NCBI GenBank assembly: GCA_951406725.2 | Contig: OX597826.1 | Location: 16,678,001 to 16,742,000, forward strand | Source: Octopus vulgaris | Lineage: Eukaryota | Direction of reading: 5' to 3' | Length of the DNA: 64,000 bases | Shown here: positions 27,647-45,847 of the stretch, piece by piece | Layout: each line of letters begins with the position of its first letter | Position numbering within the stretch: the first letter of the stretch is position 1 | Program-made: the position numbers and the translations under genes | Notes under the pieces: model-generated | Seen by the model: only the letters and a program-made list of their open reading frames with translations | What the model was told of the DNA's origin: nothing | The model's database searches: none

Positions 27647-27925
27647 GGCGGAAACTGGAAAAAGCCCCTCGTATATATTTGTGCGTGTGTTTGTGTATGT
27701 GCATGTTTTATGTCTGTGTTTGTCCCCCTCACCGCCTGACAATTGTTGTTGTGTTGGAGTGTTGACGTCACCGTAATCTGGCGGTTTGGCAAAAGCGACC
27801 GACATATCAAGTACTAGTATTAGTAAAATAACTTAAGTACGAGCGTTGATTTACTGAAGTAAAGATTCTTCAACGTGGTGCCCCAGCATATTCGCAGTCT
27901 AACGTCTGAAACAAGTAAACAGACA
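27647..27925 (+). mobile_element. SINE family A, 5'-truncated, diverged
   Basis: GGCGGAAACTGGAAAAAGCCCCTCGTATATA...GGCAAAAGCGACCGAC...GTGCCCCAGCAT. Confidence 0.75.
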
Positions 27926-28377
27926 AAAAAAAACAGAAGTATACATATAACTGTCTATGTATATGTGTATGTCTCAATTTTACGTAAAATTAAAAGAACG
28001 TATTCAAAATTTCCGACGCTACAGTTGCTTCAATACCAAATATTCCATTGTTTGTCAAAAGATAAGCAATTTCAAGTAACTGCCAAGAAATGTTTGAAGT
28101 ATTAAATCTGTTCGAAACCATGTCTAACAGCCGTGAGAGTAAATGCTTTAAGATATTTTTTTATGAATTAAAGTCAAGTGATAATTACAGATAACTGGAA
28201 CATTAAGGAAACAGAGAAAATTAAATACAAGTCTGTCTATCAATATACATGGGTGTATTAACGGCTTCAAAAGTGAGAAAATATTTGATTTTTGCAGTGT
28301 TAGACGTAATGCATATTTACAGACTTGTATACATATATACATACATGCATGCAAATACATACGTACATTCATATACA

Positions 28378-28886
<509 letters not shown>

Positions 28887-29061
28887 AATACACACACACA
28901 TATATATACCTGTGTGTGAGCGTGTTTGGTTAACCGTATTAAATCTATTATTTAATTTTCCTTTCTTAACCTCTCTTACCCTCTCATCAAAAGCTTTCTT
29001 CCTTTATTTGATTTTCCTCTTGTGGTTTGTGTTACCTATTTCTCCCACTTTGTCTTACTCG

Positions 29062-29094
<33 letters not shown>

Positions 29095-30063
29095 GCGCAA
29101 ACCACGGTGGTTCACTTCTTCCAAGAAAATCGTGGCCCTTCACATCTTAAGAAACAGGGTCCGTTCAACCCTCGGTTTTGACAGTTTTCTCTCGACTTCT
29201 CTTTAAAATAATCCGAAATAATTCTACAGGTTTACCTTTCTATCTCACTGTGGGTACCTCCTTTTCAATTCGATAAAGAGTAAGCATTATAAGATTCGCA
29301 GAATTCTATCTTCGCATTTAACTCTACTACTTTCATGCACTCAATACCGCCTAATTAAAAGAAAAAAATGTTCTTTGTGCAATTCAGGATTCTTTTCTTT
29401 CCTTTTCCTTTTCTGGTTTGTGATTAAAAGTGCACTATTTAATGTTTACCTTTCTCCCTATCTTACGAAATTTGACTTGTTAGTGCACGTATTCATCCCG
29501 ACTAATTCGGCGCCACCACCTCTATCGGAACTCTCTCTCTCTTTCGTTCTACTTTCTGCAGCTTCATTAGGAAATGGAGCCCCTAATCGCTCGCTTCTGA
29601 GGAAATTCCTTTGTTCGCAGCAGTTTCTACATTCATGCACAAGATCTGTACCAGCATCTTGCGATGATGGCAATAAAATGTCATAGAAAATGCGCAAATA
29701 ATTGTATTATTAGTTGGATTAGGAACCTGTATCTATTGTTAGTAGTTTAAACGGCAAGTATTGCAGCATATACAGGATGTATTGAAAAATGAATAAACGA
29801 TAGCAAATTAAATCAAAATTTAATCGTGTATATAAATTTACTAAGCGCTGGCAAAGCACATACCATACTTTTTATTTGTTGCAGACACAAATCTCATCAC
29901 ACTGTAATGAACTAACAGCCAGACAGATTTACTACTGAAAACAAACCCCAACTATTTGTAGATTTCAAAGTTTTAGTGCAGCAATTATAGTCGTGTGCAC
30001 AGTAAAACTCATATGTATATTTCTTTCTCAGTCTCCCCTTCCTTGGACCTCTCCTTATTCTAT

Positions 30064-30098
30064 GTTTCTGATGAAGAGCTCCGATCGAAGCGTTAAAT
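30064..30098 (+). ncRNA. Degenerate minimal hammerhead (Penelope pseudo-LTR type)
   Basis: GTTT-CTGATGA-AGAGCTCCGATC-GAAG-CG-TT-AAAT; GAAA>GAAG and a stem II mismatch; followed by a pyrimidine-rich tail ending in (TA)n. Confidence 0.5.
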
Positions 30099-30240
30099 TT
30101 TCCATCTTTCTTTCCTTTCCAGAGCGTCTAATAACACTATACTTGTTCCACGTGCTCGCGTTCTTGTGTTTGCTCTTTATTCCTGTTTAGATTAATTATA
30201 TATATATGTTTGCATTAACTATATATATATATATATATAT

Positions 30241-30375
30241 TCAGTAAAAGCAATTAAGATTCAAGTGAGTTCCAATGAATTCACATGAATGAGGTACTTA
30301 ACTTAGATGCACCAGAAATTTATATGGTATTAACCATAAAATATGGGGTGATTATAAACAAGAAAAAAGCAACAT
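30241..30375 (-). mobile_element. Tail of the hammerhead-bearing repeat at 54244-54478
   Basis: Reverse complement TGTTGCTTTTTTC...TAATCACCCCA...TATGGTTAATACCATATA...GGTGCATC...ATTCATGTGAATT...CACTTGAATC matches 54344-54470; both end in (TA)n. Confidence 0.8.
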
Positions 30376-31048
30376 ATGTATATATATATATTGCTATGAT
30401 ATTACATTCCTGCACAACATCTATTTTCTGAGTCTATGATAAGGTTTACTGATAGTAATTCTAAAATTACACCTATTTTTATTATCTTCCATCATCATTT
30501 AACAACTGGTAAGTTATATTCAATAAGATAGCTTGCATGCTTGCAGTAGATAAGGTGTCTTTACTCATACAGGATTTGGTACAGCACGTACCAAATCCTG
30601 TATAGTTTCTTCTTTGCAGAAGCAATTACTTGAGAGAAGACACTACCAGTATTATCCCATCGTCTTACATAAGAGAGTCCTAAAATTAATAATGTTTTTA
30701 CAAAACCATGTTTGTATTATTCTACAATGTCACTCGCGTTTCTAAGCCACAAATCTTATAGATTTAACATGAGAGGAAATTAACCTCATAATGAATCCCA
30801 AAGCATTAATTCGTTTAGAGCATCATTTTGAATTAGAGATTGTTATATCGCAATACTACACAGTGGCTGTGTGAGCTACGAAATCCTCGTCGCCAATGTT
30901 ATATCGCACGTTCGGATGACCTCTACTCAACTCCTGACGTCTAGACTTTTCCCTGTATATCTACGAATTGGGCTAGCCTACTTCATCGTCTGGGGGCGTT
31001 CACACAACAAAGATGCAAGAGATTTGCTTAACATGACAATGATCATCG

Positions 31049-31067
31049 TAATAATAATAATAATAAC

Positions 31068-31131
<64 letters not shown>
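31049..31131. repeat. (TAA)n microsatellite
   Basis: Direct inspection. Confidence 0.95.
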
Positions 31132-31927
31132 GTGTAATGACAGAAACATTGACTGTACAACAAAATAGGGGTGGGCATAACATGGTTTAATCCTTCGTAA
31201 TGTTGACAAGTTATATTGAATATGCATAAGGTATCATAAAATATACTTGGGGAAAATTCCCTGCTATAATATACGTATCACTTATTTTTTAATACTGGCA
31301 CAGTGAAATCGTCTAACTCTGTGACTCCAAAGCTGGTTAATGCATTTGTTGCCTATGGCTACTATAGACTGAACAGTGGCAGTAATGATAAAAACTGTAA
31401 TAAGTGTTTACCAGACGTTATGATTCACGGAGATAATAGAAAGAATGGTAGGGATTTCAAAGCTCGTCTGTTGAAGAAAAGGAGGGTATATTCTGAAGAC
31501 TTACATACATGGAATAATCAGACTACGTAGAAGACGCTAACGGCGATAACAAGCTTAGTATGTATAGCGTTGAAAGAAGTGATAGTAAGCCAGATATCAG
31601 AGTTGCTATCTGACATGTTATAGATAGCTTATCTTCTGTAGTCATATTGTGACAAATCTCACCTACTAATTGTCAAATTATTACAAAGGATACCCAGAAT
31701 GCAGGTAATTAATAAAAGTGCTAGTCCACATCCCCTTAAAGGACTGTGTTTCAGAAAACATGCCTTATAATGAAGTAATGAAATTACATGGTAAGCTGCC
31801 TTCTTAACTACAGTTGGTAAATTGTAATACAACAAAGTGACTTTCAACTGAAAAGTTACTTGTGACTTTAGACACTTTTATAAGAAACCTTGTACATATA
31901 TTATTATGATATATCATTAAACAGTTC

Positions 31928-32084
31928 TACATACATATATACATACATACATACATACATACATACATACATACATGCATACATATATACATACATACAC
32001 ACATATATATATATATACATACATACATACATACATACATACATACATACATACATACATACATACATACATACATACATACAT
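31928..32084. repeat. (TACA)n microsatellite
   Basis: Direct inspection. Confidence 0.95.
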
Positions 32085-32888
32085 GCACATGTCTGTATCC
32101 ATATATGCATAAGTTTCTTAAGATAGCAATCATGATCTATATACAGATTAATTGACTATCCATATTCCTCGAGATACTGATCTCTGAGGGATCGATTGGA
32201 AGGGTACTTGAAATATCGGCAATGTTCGTGCTTAATGAAGTGTCATTAATTTATTACATGACCTCAATTAAATTATACAAACATACCGCTGAGAATTAAA
32301 TTCTTTGAGATTTCGAACTTAGATAATTACAATGAAGTCCACTATTAATTAGACGTTTATAAACTTTAATTAAATTCATGATATTGGACCACTTGTGTGT
32401 GTATCTGTATATAAACATGTGCGTGTGGGTGTGTGCTTGTATGCGTTTATGCGTATATGTATGGATCATTCAAGAATGCAATATTTAATGGATCTGTTAA
32501 TGATTAGTTGTTAATTATTAATATATTGGCTGCGAGCACATATATTGCTGCCCCGGCAGAAACAACTATGTATCTTTTAACCGACAGCGTAGGAACCTAT
32601 CTTCCTTTGACTTTGAAGTTATAGGAGTACATTCTGAAATACAAATCGAGGCATTGATTATTCTCTTTGGCTTTAGGGCAGTTCTAACCGATACATCATG
32701 AAGCTGATTCATTTTCCCAAATGGAATGTAATACGTAAATACTATTCAGAGAGCACCTAGATAATTACGTCTGTGTACAAGTTATCTTCGGAACAAAGAA
32801 TTACAAAATTATATGCGAAAAAATTTCCAAATGTGTAAGCGATAACTCTCACACACTCTTCACATATATGAATTAATTTATATCTAAA

Positions 32889-33035
32889 CTAGCAAAGGCA
32901 CCCGTCTTGTTGACGGTTTAAGCTGCTTGTTTTCGGGTTTAGTCCCACTGCGTGGTACCTTCAGCAAGTGTCTTCTGCTATAGCCTCAGGTCGACCAAAG
33001 CCTTCGGAGTGGATTTCGTAGACGGAAGCCCGTCG

Positions 33036-33106
<71 letters not shown>

Positions 33107-34545
33107 GTGTGTGTGTGTGTGCGTGTGCGTGTGTGCGTGTGTGTGTGTATGTATGTGTGTCTGTTTATGCCCCCCACCATCGCTTGACAATCGATGTTGG
33201 TGTGTTTACGTGCCCGTAACATAGCGGTTCGGCAAAAGAGAACGATAGAATAAGTACTAGGCTTACAAAGAATAAGTTCTGGCCTGAATTGTTCGACTAA
33301 AAGCGGTACCTCCAGCATGGCCGCGGTCAAAGGGCTGAAACAAATAAAAGAACAAAAAAAGAATAAATAATTGAACTTCCGAGAAGGTTTATGTGTACCA
33401 CGGCAATCTATGTTTCTGATTAAGTTCGGAACTGAAAACCAAAGGCTGGTTATTGTGGAGGTCGTTGCACTTTAATGTTCATGGAACATATAACTTTGCA
33501 AGCGATGCAAAGTAGAGCTACTGAAGTGTTTTGGAAGTAGATTACGGATAATGACTACACAGTATAGTATAGCTGTTTTACATGAAAGCGAAATTTCCTG
33601 TCCGAAACAGCCACATAAATGGTGTAAGGAAATTGAAGGAAGACGTTAAAACTTCCCCTCTGTGAGTATATTTTATTCACCAGCAAATGGAGCTCTTTTT
33701 TCGGAGAGGTATGATTGGTACGTCCAAAAATGGCAATATCGCACCTATCTGAAAAGGGATTACATGCTTACAGTGTACGACCACTCTGAGATTGACGCCA
33801 GGTAACGAAACATCAAGACATGAAGCGTTTGACTTCAGTTCACAAATACTGCTTTGGATCTTTAGCAGTTCGTAGTGAAAAGATGTCGCGATCGAAATAT
33901 CATAATGGATGGATAAATAAGCATCCTTAAAGAGAAACAACGCATTGGTAGGTAAACAGAGGTATCGACAAATAGAAGAGAGAGAATGGAACACCACCTT
34001 TCAAGTAACTCAGAATAGGTAAAGGTAAGCTTGCCAATGTTTCATGCAGTTTAAATATGGAGATTAAAATTGTCTGGTATTGGATATTCATCGCATATAG
34101 TGTTCCTAGTGAGTTTAATCAGTGTCGCAGGTAGACAATCGAAATAAATAAATAGACAAAATACTTTCAGTTTTATAATATTCTCTAGCCAAGTAATAAT
34201 ACACAATTACAGTATATAAAAATAAATACATAAAAATGTGAAAACCACTAAAAAGTATTCTCTAATGCCAATATATGTTCATATAGATTCAAAAAGTATG
34301 AAAGACCCTACAATCAAAATAAATATGTCCATAAAATGAATTAGAGAAATCCCGTGTAAACCACCTTTTTTACCTGATTGTCCTTTTACTCGGGGGCTGG
34401 GGATCTGGCCAAAATGTTATAATGCATGACCATCCTTGGGACATATGTAATGTGTGTGTGAAGTTTGGCGAAAATCGGTTAAGAATTGTGGAAATCTATG
34501 CGGTGGTCATTATACACACACATACTGCGATTTATTTATACTAGA
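32889..34545 (-). mobile_element. Non-autonomous Helitron-like element, both ends present
   Basis: Minus strand starts A|TCTAGTATAAATAAATC and ends ACCGTC-AACAA-GACGGG-TGCCTTTG-CTAG|T (5' TC, subterminal hairpin, 3' CTAG, AT target, no TSD); second copy of the 5' part at 63153. Confidence 0.75.
32921..33365 (+). mobile_element. SINE family A nested just inside the Helitron 3' end
   Basis: GGGTTTAGTCCCACTGCGTGG...(TG)n...GGCAAAAGAGAACGATAGAATAAGTAC...CCAGCATGGCCGC. Confidence 0.9.
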
Positions 34546-36469
34546 TATAATCTGTATTTTGATAACTGGAATTTCTGATCGTCATATACTCAAGAAACTG
34601 TTCTTGTTATTATTGAGAGACCCAAGGAAGCTAAGAACACATTATGTAATGCATATTGCATCACTCTTTACGGTAAACAGTAGATTGTGGTTTGCTGGGA
34701 TGTGGGTGTTAATTATATTGATCGAGTAATTCTATACCTAATTCTTATATATTTGTATATCATATATAGTTATCGAAGTCAGGTTCTTCATACAATTTGC
34801 AGAAAACATCAATACGTCGTAGTAAATATTAGACATACATTGAAAAAATATATTTATTACATAATGCATATAAGTGTGTACGAGGATGCGCACATAAAAG
34901 TACTACTGTGCTTGCTTAACCCTTTGATATTCTCATATCTTATATATGAAATATATTTATATATTCCTATGTAAAACTTATTCATTGATCTCTATTGAAG
35001 TTCGTGATATTTAATTACGAACAATGTTTTCCCAATTAACCATCAACCAAGTGTCTAGATTTATCTTTAACTAGTTTAAAGGGTTTTATGGGTCATTAAT
35101 TGATTATTTTGGTTCTTTGATCATCTGAGTGACGTGATACAGTACACATGATTTAGTACTATGATATTATCGTACTTTGTGCTTCTTCTAAATATTTGGT
35201 TGAATGTAGCCTAAATATGTATTGTGCCGTCTATAAGAATTATTGTGTTTATTTATGATGGAAGCATTAAGGCTGTGAATATATTGCAGAACTGGATAGT
35301 AAAAACTTTATATATGCTTCCATTAGAGGAATGAATATTTCACGTCTAATCAAAGGAAAAGCTTGGCTCTATGCGAGATTGCAATTACTGTAATAGCTGG
35401 AAGGGATCGTTATTTAAATATCCATTACTTACAGATTTTCACGTGAATAATTTCGGAAAATGACAAATGTAGTTTAAATAATTGTTTATGTCATGTTTCA
35501 TGTTTTAACCCAAATAGTTACATGAGCATGTTTCCTTTTATATCACAGGGAAATATAAAGTTCCACTCCTTCTTAACTGACATCTTAAATCATAAATCGT
35601 GTAAATCAAGTATTTCTGGTCTGTAGAGCCAGAAAACATCTATGTCAGAAAAGAAAAATTAATTCTTTTCTTTCTTTTCCTCTGCTTTTTAGTAGAACAA
35701 GAATATAAATTTGGAAACATATATTAGTGAACTGCCGCATAAATCTGGATTAAGAATGTTCACAAATACTAGATTTTAAATATATGAATAGAAAACACGT
35801 TCTTCTGTCAGTGAGGATCAATAAATAGCAAAAATTTTGTTTCGATTCATACTCATGCATTTATATGCAAATCGAAAAGGAACGTAGAGAGCCAATTCAA
35901 AACGAATTTTCTCAAATTTGCACGGTGTCCACCTGCGTTGTAATTATAGACATATTATTACACTAATGGAGTGTTATTGGTCAATTGAAAAATGTTGTGC
36001 TATAATCTCCCAATATAATAATGAGCTTAGTGTTTTTTTATATATATGTATATATATATATATATGTGTGTGCCGGGCGCGGAGGAGAGAAAATAACAAT
36101 TCAGTGACGTAGATGTAGTGAGAGTAATAGCCCTGACTGAGAGAGAGTGAGAGAAAGTAATAGCAATGAGAGAAAGGAAGGAGTGATAGATGAATAAGGA
36201 AGGAAGTGGTGAAAAATATCGGCGTTTCAACTGTGTGATTGTGTGTATAGATACATGCACACGTACATACATACATACATTAATATTCAGTAGAAGTAAC
36301 GAAGTGACTCCATGGGATAAAATTTGTAGCCCTTAATATTTGTGAAATGCATCTGCTAATATTATTACGTAATTCGGAGCTCCCAGAAACAGCTGGCATA
36401 ATTCTGAACATAATTCTTGTGCTTTATGCATTACGTGTAAGTGTGTATTGTCAATATGTATATATATAC

Positions 36470-36535
<66 letters not shown>

Positions 36536-36735
36536 TAATGGTGTCATTGAGACCCAAGGTTGGCAGGTAATGCTGAATAAGTGCTATAGACAGACCATAG
36601 TTAAGTTCCAGATTCGGTAATATTGCGAGTAAAGTGTGCAACATTGGTTCTATGTCAGCGTGTGTATATAAGAATTTTTTGCGTAATGAAATAAAAACCA
36701 AGCCTTTGATTTTTATCGCATTATGGAAAAAATTC

Positions 36736-36779
<44 letters not shown>

Positions 36780-36815
36780 CTATAGATGTAGATATATACA
36801 TTCATGCATACATAT

Positions 36816-36870
<55 letters not shown>

Positions 36871-37220
36871 CTTTTCGTCAGAAAAAAATGGAGGAAAGTC
36901 GAAAAGAAAAGGAAGATGGAGGGGAAAAATCGCCTAAGATCCAGATGCGGTTACATTTTGAAATGACCGGAAGGGAATGGGTGAAGAAAAAATTTCTTTC
37001 TAAGAAACGAGAGTTTAAGAGAAGTATGTGTATGCATGTGTGCTTATGTGTGTACATGAGCGTGTGTGTATGTGTGTGTGCGTGTATGTGAGTGTGTGTG
37101 TATGTATGTGCGTGTGTCTGTGTGCGTGTGTTTGTGCGTGTGTGCACATATATACAAATATTGATAGTGTGTGTGAGAGAGAAACAGATATGTGAGAGAG
37201 ATAGATATGTGTGTGTATCT

Positions 37221-37262
37221 ATAATAATAATAACAATAATAATAATAATAATAATAATTATA

Positions 37263-37319
<57 letters not shown>

Positions 37320-37390
37320 ATTATTATTATTATTATTATTATTATTATGATTATTATTATTATTATTATTAATATTATCATTATTGTTAT
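37221..37390. repeat. (TAA)n directly followed by (TTA)n (self-complementary microsatellite junction)
   Basis: ATAATAATAA...TAATTATAATTATTATTATT. Confidence 0.9.
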
Positions 37391-37737
37391 TAAATACTCT
37401 AGGAGACATATATGTCACCTGCAAACATATATATTTAGAGTAATCTCTAAATTCTTATGATATGAGAATTAATATTGCAATTATATACAAAGCGTTAAAT
37501 AACTGACTATTAATCACAAATTGTTTGCAAATCGGAAACGTCTGGAGATATCCCTTACTAATTACTAATATATGTATGAGCCAATATCAAGGCAGGAAAC
37601 ACAAAAGAGGGCAGCGATATCGAACTCTCTACTTCACCAGAAACCAAATCAATAAACTAGGCCACTGAAAATGTGATTTCCATGGCGGTGCCCCAGCGTG
37701 GCAGCAGCCTCAACCTCAGCCAAACAAAAGAATAAAA

Positions 37738-37783
<46 letters not shown>

Positions 37784-38513
37784 ATATATATATATATGAT
37801 AAAGAAAGCTAGCTATATAGATCGTTAGACAGACAGGTAGAAATATAGATAGATATACATACATACATATATATATATTTATATATATATATATATATAT
37901 ATATACATGCATGCATATATATGTATATATATATAATAATAATATAAATAATATATAAATATATGCATATATACATAGATATATGTACATACCTACATAT
38001 AAATGTATATATATACATGCATATATGGGCACAGGACATTAAAAATAACGTTGAACACAATGAGAAACGAATACAACAACCAAAACATAGAAACGAACTT
38101 TTTTTCGAACAACGAAAAAAAACAGAGAAACGAGACATACAACATAAAGAATATTCCCCTTATTCAGTTGTTCCTGTTTCATCTACTCTGCGTTATGAAG
38201 GCAAGGACAAGACGCGACTTCGTTAAAACAGTCCTTCCCGCAAAAGAAATTCAATAAAATTTGGAATTTTTTGCGGAGGGTGAAAGTGGTAACAAGAACA
38301 GGACAGTGAGGACAAAACAGTAACATCAGTAAAAAGAACAGAACAGTGAGAACAAAACAGTAAAAACAAATGGTGAGGGCTGTTAATCCAAGATGATAGA
38401 CAATTTGTTATGACCGCTAGGAAGATGAGCTTATGAAGGAGACAGTATAAGCACGTTTAGTCTTTACGAAGGTTGTGGGCAGAAAGATAGATTATATTTC
38501 ATCACACGTCAGC

Positions 38514-38554
38514 GCTCGGTAGTGAAGTGAATGCACACTATAAAAATAAAACTA

Positions 38555-38559
<5 letters not shown>
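38514..38559 (+). mobile_element. Extremely 5'-truncated Dong-like copy (46-bp 3' end only) followed by (TAA)n
   Basis: GCTCGGTAGTGAAGTGAATGCACACTATAAAAATAAAACTACTGAA equals 41815-41860 with 2 mismatches. Confidence 0.9.
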
Positions 38560-38651
<92 letters not shown>

Positions 38652-38652
38652 T

Positions 38653-41968
<3,316 letters not shown>

Positions 41969-41984
41969 TAATAATAATAATAAT

Positions 41985-43187
41985 ATGAAGACAATGCAAA
42001 CTCAATCCAGCTATATGAAGGCAAATCAATCTCAATCAAGCTATTAATACCTGGGAATACTTGAGAGAGATGGAATCAAGCACCACGACATGAAAGAAAA
42101 GATAAAAAGTGAGTGTCCGCTGCGAGTGAGAAAAATACTGGCTTCAAAGCTGAATGCCAGAAATATAATTTCAGCAATAAACTTGCGCGCAGTTTCAGTA
42201 ATTCGGTATGTCGCTGGAACCCTGAACTGAACAGGAGAGGAGTGAAAGGAGAAGGACAGGAAGTCAATAAAGCTTCTGATGATGCATGACGCCCATTATC
42301 AACGTGCAGACACTGATCGCCCACACATGATGAGTGCAAATGGTGGAAGGGGATTGATAAATATGGAAGACTGCGTGCGTATCGAACTCGAGAGCTTAAT
42401 CAGATACCTATTCCAAAATAATTAAACCTTGCTAGTGACAATTAGGAACGAAGGAGTATTGAGAGCAGAGAAATAAGGGAAAAGAAGGACGAAGAATAAA
42501 AGGACATGAAGAAGAATAACTCAAGAAGGGAATTCACAATCAATTCCATATAGCCACAACAGAAGTTACTGGAAAAAGGAGGTGGAATTCACTGATGAAA
42601 GGGATGCTATAAAAAGAGACCGAGAGCACTATATTGGCAGAGCAAGACCAAGCTCTGGCCATGAACAGGAGGGCTAACCTCAGGAATGAACAAATGTCTC
42701 CACTCTGCCTCGTTTGCAATATAGTTGATGAAAAAACCATTGTCCATATCACGAACGAATACCCTTCACTTGCCCAACACCACTACATGATATGGCGACA
42801 CGACCAGGTAGCGAAAGTACTACATTGGAAACTGTTCGAAACGTAGGGGCTAGGGAGGAGCAAAACGTGGTATGAACACAAACCACAGAGTGTTGCAGAA
42901 CCAGAGACTAGCAAAATTCCCAAACTGAACAGACCAGGCTCTAGAGCATAACATACCGGACATAGTGGTTGAAATTGCATGCCCCTTTGACCCGCAAATA
43001 CTGAAGGAAGAAGGCGAAATGATAGATACGCACAACCCTCTTAATTATGAAGTAGACAGGCTATGGAAAATGAAGACGGAGATAGTGCCAATTATTGTTG
43101 GGCCATTAGGAATAGTATCAGAAGTCATCAAGGGAAATATAAAGGAAACTGGAACAGAGCGCCCAGTAGAACTGTTACAAAAGTTAT
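41985..43187 (+). mobile_element. Second, older and divergent R4/Dong-like element (thumb to RLE), immediately after the TAA run
   Basis: YLGILERDGIKHHDMKEKIK...KLNARNIISAIN, GGRGLI, ETESTILAEQDQAL, CLVC...H, RHDQVAKVLHWKL, PDIVVEIACPFD, IVPIIVGPLG. Confidence 0.85.
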
Positions 43188-43455
43188 AAAAAGATGTATT
43201 GCAAATCATGAATATATTTTCAGGAACAGGGATAATTTGAGTAACAAATTTATATGGAAGTTAAAAGATAATAAATTGCATGAGCTTAAATGGCAAATAT
43301 TTAGTCATGCTATATCTTATTAAATTGCTGATAACGGCTGTAACGTTTGTGTGGAGAAAATATATCAAATTTTAACATGAAAAGAGAAACCTCTTAATGC
43401 CATACAGGAATGCGTTTAATCTTGTAAACACTTTAAAATATGTGTTTAGAAAATA
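43187..43455 (+). mobile_element. Penelope-like GIY-YIG endonuclease C-terminal remnant
   Basis: KRCIANH...NKFIWKLK...LKWQI...CNVCVEK...PLN...SCKH follows the PLE pattern KxRxxNH/LSKxIWxLK/IKW/CNLCxxEK/LN/CxH. Confidence 0.7.
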
Positions 43456-43598
43456 TAATTAACTCATATTTATTATTTGGAGGATTATATTGAATTAATA
43501 TTATATATGTTACCTATTTTATATTATATATTTTTTTAGAATGTACATATGTATATGTATGTATTATATATATACGCATGTATGTATATGTGTATATA

Positions 43599-43681
<83 letters not shown>

Positions 43682-43933
43682 ATGTAGCTATATGTATAAT
43701 CATTTAGTAAATTTATTAGTAGGATATATTAATCTATATACAATAATGTGAGTAGATTCAGTAATACTAATTGTCTTCAATTGTATTACAATATACTTAT
43801 GTATTCGCTATAATTATTTAAATGAAATATTAAATTTAAATTTGAAGGAATAATAGTTACATAATTATATTTTTTACTATTTATTTTAGAGATTTATTTA
43901 TATTTCTCTGAATATATATGGGAAGTATATAGG

Positions 43934-43968
<35 letters not shown>

Positions 43969-44065
43969 ATGAAAGAGCAACTAATTATTTGTTAATTATT
44001 CATTGTTATTATTTTTTATTTTTTATATAACTTAAATGTATACTCACATATATGCGATTTATGTC

Positions 44066-44115
<50 letters not shown>

Positions 44116-44156
44116 GTATTTATCTATGTATATATATGTGTGTATGTGTGTGTATA

Positions 44157-44194
<38 letters not shown>

Positions 44195-44299
44195 GCATAT
44201 TATCACGTGATCCAATCTTTTGAAGTAATTGAATGTTGAAAAAATATAGTTTCTTGGGACTCACTGATTCATAAGTCGAAATTAGAGATATTTATAATA

Positions 44300-45140
44300 A
44301 TTCAGTGTATTACTAACTAAATTTAGTATTACGTTATATATGATAAAATTGTCTGTTATAGGAATAATACTCTAACGTATTTATCTTAATTATATAACTA
44401 TATTGGTAGATGAATAAAAGTTATAATTTAAAATTACATTATTATATTTTATCGTGAATAAAATAAGCATTTCAATTAAATTTAATAATATACAAATAAT
44501 TTTATTGCAGACCCTGTAGTAATTAAAGACATTTCTATTGTCATATTATGTATTTCTCTTTCTTCCGTTTTTTCGAAAGTATGAATGCATAAAATTTTAT
44601 ATATATTGACTTATGGTGGTATATTTTTCTCTGAAAAACTAAGTAACTTTTGTTGTGTCTGGGGAGAGTCATTTTCTTTTTGCGCCTTATAACAACTTTT
44701 GATTTTTATGTATTTATTTGTTTTTATTTTATTTTATATAATAATTAGTATAAGTAATAAACATATTGTGGCATAAAAAAAAATTATAACTTTAAGAAAT
44801 ATAATAATTCTTAAATATAATTACATATGTTTCATATAAATTTTAAATATAAATATACGAATATTTATCGCTGACCCTATCGTACTTAGTAAATTCCTAT
44901 TGTGAAATTATGTATCTTTTGTTCTTCTGTTCTTTCGAAAATAACCAATTCATAAAAATCTTAAACATATTGATCTAAAGTAAGTTCTTTTCCTCTGAAA
45001 AACTAAGTAACATTTTGATCATTTATTTATTTATATTTAATTGTCTATTCATTTCATATACAAATTAGTATACGTAATAAATAATCGTTATCTTGATAAA
45101 ATTGTTTACCATCGGCGTATTGAGAATAAACAAACTTTTG
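44300..45140 (+). repeat. Degenerate ~360-bp tandem duplication in a very AT-rich tract
   Basis: TTTATTGCAGACCCT...TTCGAAA...CTCTGAAAAACTAAGTAAC (44501-44647) recurs at 44864-45011. Confidence 0.6.
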
Positions 45141-45767
45141 AATAAATAGTTCATTAAGGGATTTTTATATGACTTTTGTAAACGTTTTTTTAATAATAGA
45201 ATTATATTATTATGATAATATGTATTTATGGTTATATTTTTTCGAAAGTTATTTTCTTAATACAACTTCGTAATTTTTAACTTTGATTGCATTTTTAATA
45301 TATGTGATTATAAATGTTGAATAAAATGTAATTTATAGTATTAATTAGTACTGGCCAACTGAGGATAACCTATTTTAAATCATTTTCTTTGCTGTTTAGC
45401 CAAGATACATAGCGGGTTGTTTTTCTTTCATAATACTAGTGAGAATAAATAGTCTGAATCACATGTCTTTTCCCTAAATAGTAAAGAAGAATAAAATTTC
45501 ACCATAAATTCTTAGCATATTATTTCTGTATTTTGTTTTTTTTAACTAATGTGCAGAAATATACTTAGATTGATATTCTTAAAAGTGTAGAAACCTATTT
45601 TGCGAGCGTTATATTGCGTTTTGTTTATTCATTTATTTTAAATGTATTTAAATTTTTTTATTATATATATAAAAAAAAAAATTCACGTTCACACTTACAA
45701 ACATAAACATATTTAATTCAGTCTGTATTGGGAGCTAAAAATTCTCATAAGCAATTTTTGTCAAATA

Positions 45768-45847
45768 TTTCCCTGAGGAGATGCTTACCCATAAATATGA
45801 ATTTTATAACTTTATTATTGGATTTGAATTGAAGCGATTGTAGGATT
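45768..45847 (+). ncRNA. Degenerate hammerhead motif with long stem II region
   Basis: TTTCC-CTGAGGA(45773)-51 nt-GAAG-CGATTG-TA-GGATT; stem I TCC/GGA; stem II pairing eroded. Confidence 0.45.
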
